DNA from: an uncultured Bacteroidota bacterium
GTDB taxonomy: Bacteria > Bacteroidota > Bacteroidia > Bacteroidales > WCHB1-69
Direction of reading: 5' to 3'
DNA: 64,000 nt
Assembly: GCA_942493315.1 (NCBI GenBank)
Contig: OW818690.1
Location: 1,714,165-1,778,164 of the forward strand
A model generated the notes under the pieces. The model ran no database searches, was not told the origin of the DNA, and worked only from the letters and a program-made list of their open reading frames with translations. Position numbers and translations under genes: made by a program. Below, in pieces: positions 9,345-16,597 of the stretch (positions within the stretch are counted from its first letter, which is position 1; the number at the start of each line of letters is the position of its first letter).

Positions 9345-10058
9345 ATGAAAAAACATATTCCCAACATCATCACCTGTTCGAATTTGATAACCGGCTGTAT
9401 TTCGATCGTTTTAGCATTAAAAGGACACATTGATATCGCTGCTTTGCTCATCATTTTAGCTGCCATTTTTGACTTTGGGGATGGATTGAGTGCCCGATTA
9501 TTGCATGTAAAATCAAAAATTGGGGTTGACTTAGACTCTCTCGCGGATGTTGTATCTTTTGGAGTAGCACCGGCAATGATCCTATTTACATGGATGGAGA
9601 TCAATTTTTATAATCTCGCTCCGGGCTTACAAATTCCGATTATTGAGAATTTAAAATATCTCGTTTTCCTTGTACCGGCTATATCAGCAGTTCGTTTAGC
9701 CAAATTCAATCATGATGAAAGACAATCAGAAAATTTTATTGGGTTAGCAACACCTGCAAATGCCCTATTTTTAGGGTTTATCCAATATGCTGCTGTAAAA
9801 ATTCCAATTTTTGCCAACTATTGGGTTATCATCGGTGTTACCATCGTTTTCTCTTTACTTTTAGTCTCCAATTTGCCCATGTTTTCATTAAAATTTAAAC
9901 ATTTTAAATTTAAAGAAAATCTACCTAGATATATCCTGATTGGACTATCAGCCCTTCTATTGATCATTTTTCAATGGGGTGCTTTTCCGGTAATTATATT
10001 AACCTACATTTTAATCTCACTGATCATGGTGATGGTCTCAAAACTACATTGGATATGA
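9345..10058 (+). CDS. pssA: CDP-diacylglycerol--serine O-phosphatidyltransferase
   Basis: IPNIITCSNL and DFGDGLSARLL...GVDLDSLADVVSFGVAP CDP-alcohol phosphotransferase motif. Confidence 0.9.
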   Translation: MKKHIPNIITCSNLITGCISIVLALKGHIDIAALLIILAAIFDFGDGLSARLLHVKSKIGVDLDSLADVVSFGVAPAMILFTWMEINFYNLAPGLQIPIIENLKYLVFLVPAISAVRLAKFNHDERQSENFIGLATPANALFLGFIQYAAVKIPIFANYWVIIGVTIVFSLLLVSNLPMFSLKFKHFKFKENLPRYILIGLSALLLIIFQWGAFPVIILTYILISLIMVMVSKLHWI

Positions 10059-10642
10059 AATTGGAATCAATTGCTCTTTTTTGCGGATCTTCAGAAGGTA
10101 ACGATCCCAAATATATTCAAATTGCTGAAGATTTTGGACAGTCCTGTGCGGCTCAAGGACTCTCCTTATACTACGGCGGCGCAGCTTTAGGACTCATGAA
10201 AGCTGCAGCACATGCTTGCAGAAATCAGGGAGGTCGAATAATTGGGATAACTCCCAGTTTTTTTTCCGATGGTACTGTTGTAGATAACAGCGTTCAAGAG
10301 CTTTATATGGTTGATACCATGAGTGAAAGAAAACAACTTTTGGAACGATCCGCTGATGCTTTTGTGATTCTTCCCGGTTCTTACGGAACTATGGATGAAT
10401 TTTTTGAAGTGCTCACGGATGCCCAGTTAGGACTACACCATAAACCGATCGCTATTTTGAATGTTTTTGGGTACTATGATCATCTGATTGCACTCATCAA
10501 TCATTTTGCAAATGAGGGTTTTCTTCGTGATTTTCATCTTAAATTAGTGATTGTGGCGGACTCCGTTGAGCAACTTTTTCAAAAACTGGATCAATATGAA
10601 AATCCTAACAATTTTCATTGGTTAGATAAGATTAAAAAATAA
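10055..10642 (+). CDS. LOG-family phosphoribohydrolase (TIGR00730-type Rossmann fold)
   Basis: IALFCGSS, YYGGAALGLM, ERKQLL and PGSYGTMDEFFE; ATGA overlap with pssA. Confidence 0.9.
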   Translation: MKLESIALFCGSSEGNDPKYIQIAEDFGQSCAAQGLSLYYGGAALGLMKAAAHACRNQGGRIIGITPSFFSDGTVVDNSVQELYMVDTMSERKQLLERSADAFVILPGSYGTMDEFFEVLTDAQLGLHHKPIAILNVFGYYDHLIALINHFANEGFLRDFHLKLVIVADSVEQLFQKLDQYENPNNFHWLDKIKK

Positions 10643-10648
10643 TCCACT

Positions 10649-12685
10649 ATGTTTAAATGGATTATCTTTCCGGTAATTTTTTGTTTATTCATTGGGCTCA
10701 ACGCTCAGAATGATACCCTTTTAACCGGGAAAATGACCGAATTTGTGGTGGAAGCAGAGCCTATTCCTGCTCAAATTTTTGCCATACAGCCGATTCAAAA
10801 AATGAGCAAAGAGGAAATGAAACAGATCTCCACTTTTCAACTTTCCGATGTCATCAAACATTTTGCCGGTACCATTGTCAAGGATTATGGTGGCATTGGC
10901 GGAATGAAAACAGTGTCTGTTAGAGGGTTAGGATCACAACACACAGGAGTATTATTTAATGGAATTCCGTTAACAGACAGTCAGACCGGACAAATAGATA
11001 TCGGGAAAATGGCTATGGAATACTTAGAATCGGTTTCTTTATCCAACGGATCAACCAGCAACATGTTGGCATCTGCCAGAGAACACGCTTTTGGAGCTGT
11101 TTTAAATATTGTTTCTGAAAACCCTGTCTTCCAGAATAATAGAAAGTTAGATCTCAAAGGAACATTCTCTTTAGGCTCATTCGGATTTTTAAATGGATCT
11201 TTAAAAATCAATAACCGTGTACTCACTTCGACTTTAAAAAACTGGAATTGCATCACTTCTGTGGCAGGACATTACACACAATTCAAAGGGAACTATCCGT
11301 TTACTCAGTTTTTTGGTGGAGCCAATGACAGTACTTCACAGGAAATTAGATCCAATTCAGATCTGAAATCACTCCAAACCGAAGGATCCATTTTGTTCAG
11401 TCATAAAACCAAAAAAGAGATTTTTCGGCTTCATCTTTTCTATTTTCATTCTGAACGCGGATTACCTGGAGCAGCTCTTTTTTACAACATTGAATCAGAT
11501 CAAAGGTTGTGGGATGATAACCTATTTATCCAATCCAAATATTACAAACTATTTTCTAAAAAATGGGACTATTTGAATTTGATGAAATTCAATCAATCGT
11601 ATATTCGGTACTTAGATCCATCCTATTTAAATGAAGAGGGAAAAATGGATAACCGCTACACCCAGAACGAATGGTATATCTCCAATATTCTTCATTACAA
11701 AGGAGATTTTATTCATATTTCATTAGCTAATGATTTGTTTTACAACAATTTATTTTCAAATGCTCCCCAATTTATTGCCCCTTCCAGAATATCCTGTTTG
11801 ACAGCTTTATCATCTGAATGGAGTTATAAATGGTTAAAAATCAATGTTAACTTATTACATACTCTTGTTTTTAATCAGGCAAAATATGGAGAAGCAGCCC
11901 CCAACAACAATAAGTTATCTCCAACTGCAGGAATCTCTTTAAAACCTTACTCTAAAAAGGAGTTTTACATCCGGGCATTCTTCAAAAACATATTTCGGTT
12001 ACCCACTTTTAATGACTTATATTACCGGGAAGTGGGCAATTTGAATTTAAAACCTGAGAACACCTATCAATACAGTATAGGAATAACCCATTTTTACAGG
12101 GAAAAAAATGAAAAATACTCTATTTCAACCACTTTAGATGGCTATTTTAACATCATTCACGATAAAATTGTTGCCATTCCTTCCAAAAATTTATTTATCT
12201 GGACGATGATCAACTATGGAAAAGTGTATGCATCCGGAATCGATTTTACCTTACAGGGGGACTATAAATGGAGTAAAAAGGTAAAAACCACATGGATGGG
12301 ATCTTACAGTTTTCAAAAAGCGATAGATATGACCGATCCGGAATCCAAAACCTATAAAAATCAGCTCCCTTACACGCCACTTCATTCCGGATCTGTAGGA
12401 TTTGGGTTATTCACCAACTGGGTAGATATCCATTACAGCGCCATCATTTCAGGGTATCGGTATGTATTAGGACAAAATATTCCACAAAACTGGATTTCAG
12501 GCTACATAGATCACACGATCAGCATTGGAAAAGAGTTCACGCTATTCAAAAACAAAGAAAACAGCAAACCAAAAATAGGGATCAAGCTGGATATCAACAA
12601 TTTCACCAACACACAATACCAGATCATCAAAAACTATCCGATGCCGGGCAGAAATTACAGGTTAAAGATTCAGTTTCAGTTTTAA
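10649..12685 (+). CDS. TonB-dependent receptor, possibly BtuB-like (cobalamin)
   Basis: Plug motif KDYGGIGGMKTVSVRGLGSQHTGVLFNGIP and C-terminal YPMPGRNYRLKIQFQF; substrate is inferred. Confidence 0.85.
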   Translation: MFKWIIFPVIFCLFIGLNAQNDTLLTGKMTEFVVEAEPIPAQIFAIQPIQKMSKEEMKQISTFQLSDVIKHFAGTIVKDYGGIGGMKTVSVRGLGSQHTGVLFNGIPLTDSQTGQIDIGKMAMEYLESVSLSNGSTSNMLASAREHAFGAVLNIVSENPVFQNNRKLDLKGTFSLGSFGFLNGSLKINNRVLTSTLKNWNCITSVAGHYTQFKGNYPFTQFFGGANDSTSQEIRSNSDLKSLQTEGSILFSHKTKKEIFRLHLFYFHSERGLPGAALFYNIESDQRLWDDNLFIQSKYYKLFSKKWDYLNLMKFNQSYIRYLDPSYLNEEGKMDNRYTQNEWYISNILHYKGDFIHISLANDLFYNNLFSNAPQFIAPSRISCLTALSSEWSYKWLKINVNLLHTLVFNQAKYGEAAPNNNKLSPTAGISLKPYSKKEFYIRAFFKNIFRLPTFNDLYYREVGNLNLKPENTYQYSIGITHFYREKNEKYSISTTLDGYFNIIHDKIVAIPSKNLFIWTMINYGKVYASGIDFTLQGDYKWSKKVKTTWMGSYSFQKAIDMTDPESKTYKNQLPYTPLHSGSVGFGLFTNWVDIHYSAIISGYRYVLGQNIPQNWISGYIDHTISIGKEFTLFKNKENSKPKIGIKLDINNFTNTQYQIIKNYPMPGRNYRLKIQFQF

Positions 12686-12773
12686 CTTATTTTTTTAGAT
12701 GAAATAAAATTTAAAAAAAAATTACTCAAAAAATCATATTTGTTTTTAATAGATGTACTTTAAAAAAAAATTG

Positions 12774-12781
12774 TATGTTTG
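12774..12781 (+). promoter_or_regulatory. -7 promoter box
   Basis: TATGTTTG upstream of 12879. Confidence 0.45.
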
Positions 12782-12878
12782 CAAAAAGTTCAACATAGAA
12801 TAAAATGAAAAATGTTTTGATTCTAAATTTGAAGTAAAGTAACTCACGTTTAATAACCTTTAAAATTAAAATTTAAAA

Positions 12879-13859
12879 ATGAGAAAAATAGTATTAACAT
12901 TTCAATTAGTTGTGATTTATTTTCTTTCAAATTGCCAACCCTATTCATCATACTTTGCAGAAAATATAACGAAATACAGTGTTGCTCATACTGTAACTTG
13001 TAAAACAAAAGATTACTCTCCCAATAATTTGGGTGCTTGTATATGGACATTTGAATATAGAATAATAAAATCATTTGCTACAGCTTTTAATGGGAAAATA
13101 TATTATGTAGCATTTAATGAGGCAAATACACTAATGCTTCCTTATCCAAATGAACATGAGGGAATTGTTCTCAGAGAGGACACATCAACAGGAAAACTAT
13201 TTAGATATATAGAATCAATTAATAATGAGGTTTTAATTTGTGATATGTCTCTAAATGAAGGAGATACTTTTCAACTTTTCCCAGCTTACGATATTTCATT
13301 ATCGTATTGGAATGATTATTTTGAAAGAGGGATGAAAGTGGTTGTCGACTCTGTTCGATTTGTCAATGGGAAAAAAGTCATTTACTTTCCCAATATACCT
13401 CAAAGTCATTTTTACAATTCTCCAATTCAATATAATATTTCACTTCGGTTTATTGAAGGAATTGGTCCAACTTATGGTCCTTATGGATATTTTGATTATC
13501 ATGGTTTGGAAAAAGATTTACCTTTGCTTTTATGTGTTGAAAAAGATAATAATCAAGTATTTATGTTGCATGAAGATTTACAATGTCTTCAGTATAGCAC
13601 GTCTGTTAATGATATTGAAACATTAAAATTCAACATATACCCAAACCCGGCTTCCGATCATATTTTCATCTCTTCTGAAAATAATAATTCTGAAATCAAA
13701 CTTTTTATATATGATTTTATTGGGAATGCCGTTGGTCAATATACATTTAACAATAGTATCCAAATTCCAATAAATGATCTTTCAAATGGGATATATACAT
13801 TCATATTTTTAGATCAACAAAATAATCAAACAATAAAAAAAATTGTGATTCAAAAGTAA
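12879..13859 (+). CDS. secreted protein with T9SS type A C-terminal sorting domain
   Basis: C-terminal FNIYPNPASDHIFI...LSNGIYTF...KKIVIQK. Confidence 0.85.
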   Translation: MRKIVLTFQLVVIYFLSNCQPYSSYFAENITKYSVAHTVTCKTKDYSPNNLGACIWTFEYRIIKSFATAFNGKIYYVAFNEANTLMLPYPNEHEGIVLREDTSTGKLFRYIESINNEVLICDMSLNEGDTFQLFPAYDISLSYWNDYFERGMKVVVDSVRFVNGKKVIYFPNIPQSHFYNSPIQYNISLRFIEGIGPTYGPYGYFDYHGLEKDLPLLLCVEKDNNQVFMLHEDLQCLQYSTSVNDIETLKFNIYPNPASDHIFISSENNNSEIKLFIYDFIGNAVGQYTFNNSIQIPINDLSNGIYTFIFLDQQNNQTIKKIVIQK

Positions 13860-13938
13860 TGGATTACAAACTATATACGGACATAATTCGGTTAATGATT
13901 AAATGATTGCTCAATGTGCTCATTTTTTATTTTTCATT

Positions 13939-13970
13939 CGTCCGTAGTCTGTTGTCCGCAGTCCGTAGTC
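13939..13970. repeat. period-7 nGTCnnn tandem repeat
   Basis: cgtccgt agtctgt tgtccgc agtccgt agtc, preceded by TTTTTCATT as at 34461 and 16513. Confidence 0.75.
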
Positions 13971-13975
13971 TTTTT

Positions 13976-14153
13976 TTCAGGGCATTCCGGCTTCCTCCCC
14001 ACAACCCCGCCCACGCCGTCGGCCTACGCCTACAAGTACGCAGTTGCAAAGCGTGGGCTGACTGGTCGTAAAAGGAGCTCACAAGTTCGCTCTTTTACTC
14101 CCACATCCCATCGCTTTGCAACTTTGCGCGCTTTCCGGCTCCGTCCTCACGCG
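13976..14153 (-). ncRNA. GC-rich structured element B (Flavo-1-like repeat/ncRNA)
   Basis: Minus strand GCGTGAGGACGG...CCGACGGC...GCCGGAATGCCCTGAA; 12-bp stem AGTTGCAAAGCG/CGCTTTGCAACT; inner GTAAAAG/CTTTTAC. Confidence 0.55.
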
Positions 14154-14298
14154 AACATAACCACAGGTTTTTGGGTTTTAGGTTTTAGTTTTCAGTTTTT
14201 GGTCCGGTCTACAGTCCCTCGTCTCTTGTCCATTTTCCATTATTAATTATTCACTATTCATTAGTTTGCCGTCCGCCGACTGCAGACTTTCCCCCAAA

Positions 14299-14340
14299 TT
14301 ATTCATTATTCATTATTCATTATTAATTATTCATTCTTCA
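14299..14340. repeat. period-7 TTATTCA tandem repeat, 6 units
   Basis: ttattca x3, ttattaa, ttattca, ttcttca. Confidence 0.85.
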
Positions 14341-14390
14341 TTTAAGATCTCAGGGCTACGCCCCTCTAAATCATCACACACTATTCATCT

Positions 14391-14455
14391 GCTACAAAGA
14401 TCGCACTCCTACGGAGCTGAAAAAGACTACGGACTACGGACCACAGACTACAGAC
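14391..14455. repeat. REP-like half site (ctacaaagatcgcactcctacggagct) followed by period-7 GACTACG/GACCACA repeat
   Basis: Short ctcc/ggag hairpin resembling Bacteroidota REP-like repeats, then gactacg gactacg gaccaca gactaca gac. Confidence 0.5.
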
Positions 14456-14503
14456 ATTCAAATCGCAAAATAGTAGAAAATTTGTAAAACTATACATTTT
14501 TGT

Positions 14504-14794
14504 TGGCATCGGCGTTTCGATACGAAGCTAATTATTTCTTCGATTCATTCATCTATCGTAAAGGCGCTTCTACTCAACGACCTTAGCTTTGTGCAACAAA
14601 TGCTCTACTCTAAGGTCGCTGAGTAGAAACCGCATTTTAGACAAAACTTAAAAATTAAGACAAATCAGGTTTCGTATCGAAGCGCCGACGCCATGAAATC
14701 ACCAAACCAAGGTCGCTGAGTTGAAACCGCATTTTTGACAAAACTTAAAAATTAAGACAAATCAGGTTTCGTATCGAAGCGCCGACGCCATGAA
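14504..14794. repeat. REP/BIME-like cluster: one forward and two reverse ~82-bp units
   Basis: Units 14504-14584 (+), 14612-14693 (-) and 14709-14790 (-). The last two differ at 2 positions with a 97-bp period. All share TTCGATACGAA and CT(A/T)CTCA(A/G)CGACCTT-type ends. Confidence 0.85.
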
Positions 14795-14796
14795 AA

Positions 14797-14824
14797 AGAC
14801 TACAGACTTCGCTGTTTAAAGGTT
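14797..14824 (+). repeat. 28-bp direct repeat, left copy
   Basis: agactacagacttcgctgtttaaaggtt; matches 16480-16507 with 2 mismatches; partial third copy at about 14829-14846. Confidence 0.75.
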
Positions 14825-14896
14825 GAACGCTTCGCTGTTGAAAGGTTTAAAAGTTGAAGATCTGTCAATGCCTAAAAATGGTTGACCGTTAGAAAA

Positions 14897-14980
14897 CTGA
14901 TAGCTGATAACTGATAGCTGATAACTGATAGCTGATAACTGATAACTGATAGCTGATAGCTGATAACTGATAGATGATAA
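14897..14980. repeat. period-7 CTGATA(G/A) tandem repeat, 12 units
   Basis: ctgatag/ctgataa array ending just before element C. Confidence 0.92.
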
Positions 14981-14985
14981 CTTAT

Positions 14986-15164
14986 TGCGTTAGGGATTGG
15001 AAGGGCGCGAAGCGGTACGAGCTGGAACGAGCGCCGCGATGATTAATCCGATTCTGAATGAACCATCTTAAGCGAAGTGCAGCGAAGTACGGGAGCGAAG
15101 CGGACCCCTGAAAAGCCCGACGGCAGCAGGGTTGGGTTGTGGGTTGGCTGGTGCCGGAACGCCC
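14986..15164 (+). ncRNA. GC-rich structured element C (closest to canonical Flavo-1 termini)
   Basis: GCGTTAGGGAT...AAAGCCCGACGGCA...TGCCGGAACGCCC; GCGTT/AACGC and CGGCA/TGCCG pairings. Confidence 0.6.
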
Positions 15165-15168
15165 TTAT

Positions 15169-15208
15169 TAATGTGCTAATATGCTAATGTACTAATATGC
15201 TAATATGC
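15169..15208. repeat. period-8 TAAT(A/G)T(G/A)C tandem repeat, 5 units
   Basis: taatgtgc taatatgc taatgtac taatatgc taatatgc, between element C and the ATPase stop codon. Confidence 0.85.
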
Positions 15209-15210
15209 TC

Positions 15211-16404
15211 TTATCCATTCAAAAGCCATTCCAAGGCATTAATTTTGGTGATCCCATTAAAATCAGTTATAAAATCTTTATCCATGGTGATTAAATATTT
15301 TTGATAATGATCATTGATTTGTTGAAATGGGTATAATTCCCTGTCTAATGTTTCTTTTGATTGATTAACAGAGTAGGATACTTGATAGTATTCCAATTTG
15401 TCATTTTTACGAGCTATAAAATCTATTTCATTTTGGTTTACCTTTCCAATATCAACCTTATACCCCCTTCGTAATAGCTCAAAATAAACGATATTTTCTA
15501 GCGCATGAGTTACTTCTATCTGTCTGTACCCAAGTAAATTATTCCTTAATCCTAAGTCGGACACATAGTACTTGTTTAATGTTTTTAGATATGCTTTTCC
15601 TTTAATATCAAATCGTACAGCTTTGTTTAAAATAAATGCATTACAAAACATATCTATATATTTTTCGACAGTTTCATTTGTCACTCTTTTTCCTTCATTT
15701 TTTAACATTTTTGAAATAGAATGTGGAGATATAAGACTACCTACAGATGACAATACCATCTTCAATATATTCTCTAATAAGTTGATATCATTGACATTAT
15801 TTCTTTTAACAACATCTTTTAAAACGACTGTATTATAGATCCCATCCAAATAGTTAATGATGATGTTTTCATTCGTTTCATTTGATAAAAATGGAAAACC
15901 TCCATACTTCATGTATCTATTGAAAGATGTTTCATGATCTTGTTGAGGCTACTGTGTAGCGTACTCTTTAAAAGATAAAGGTAACATGTTAATTTCTACA
16001 TATCTACCGGATAGCAATGTGGATATTTCGCTCGAAAGCATATATGCATTTGATCCGGTTAAATAAATATCTACGTTATAATCAACGGATAAACTATTCA
16101 CTGCTTTTTCAAATTGATCTACATTTTGAACTTCATCGATAAAAATATAGGAATGATTATTTTTTGATATTTTTTCGGAAATAAGTTCGTATAAACTACT
16201 ATATTCTCTAATAGAATCATATTGAAATGATTCCAAGTTGATATAAATGATTTCATTCTGATCAATTCCGATTTTTTTTAAAAAATCAATATACTGTAAT
16301 AACAGTGTAGATTTACCACATCTTCTGATTCCTGTAATCACTTTAATGACCGCTTTGTCTTTAAAGTCAATGAGCAAATTTAAATAGTTTTCACGTGCAA
16401 TCAT
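15211..16404 (-). pseudogene. AAA_14/DUF4143 ATP-binding protein interrupted by one in-frame TAG
   Basis: GIRRCGKS Walker A, IFIDEVQ, LTGSN, YGGFP and EIDFIA motifs. The two ORFs share a frame: ...ACA CAG TAG CCT CAA... at 15949-15951. Confidence 0.85.
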
Positions 16405-16426
16405 GTTGTTTTTTATATTAAAGACG

Positions 16427-16434
16427 CAAAAATA
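16427..16434 (-). promoter_or_regulatory. -7 promoter box for the ATPase gene
   Basis: TATTTTTG on the minus strand 22 nt upstream of ATG 16404. Confidence 0.55.
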
Positions 16435-16479
16435 CAAAAAATGTTATAGTTTTACGGTTATGGAAGTAAAATAATATTC

Positions 16480-16507
16480 AGACCACAGACTTCGCTGTTG
16501 AAAGGTT
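16480..16507 (+). repeat. 28-bp direct repeat, right copy
   Basis: agaccacagacttcgctgttgaaaggtt. Confidence 0.75.
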
Positions 16508-16540
16508 TTTTCATTTTTCATTCGTCTTTTGTCCTTCGTC

Positions 16541-16574
16541 AAAAAAAAAAGCACCCTTTTGGGATGCTTTTTTT
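16541..16574 (-). terminator. intrinsic terminator after the arcE-like gene
   Basis: aaaaaagcaccc tttt gggatgctttttt hairpin with A/T tails. Confidence 0.7.
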
Positions 16575-16597
16575 ATTCATAAATCTATAGAATCTAC

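Noticed and set aside
8379-9604. ORFs 8379-8675 and 9311-9604
   Set aside because: Antisense to a well-supported TBDT and to pssA; no motifs.
10560-10700. Cobalamin riboswitch before the BtuB-like TBDT or before mutA/BtuF-like genes
   Set aside because: No intergenic room (6 bp) and no recognisable B12-box sequence at either site.
13914-14487. ORFs 13914-14246 and 14266-14487
   Set aside because: They are translations of structured element B and heptamer arrays (e.g. FIIHYSLLIIHSS, YGLRTTDYR) with no protein-like composition.
14612-14794. CRISPR array
   Set aside because: Only two 82-bp copies with near-identical interiors, no unique spacers and no cas genes; better explained as a REP/BIME duplication.
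15211-16437. Two separate genes, or evidence of genome-wide TAG recoding
   Set aside because: The halves form one frame of a single known family, and TAG terminates at least five ordinary genes in the window.
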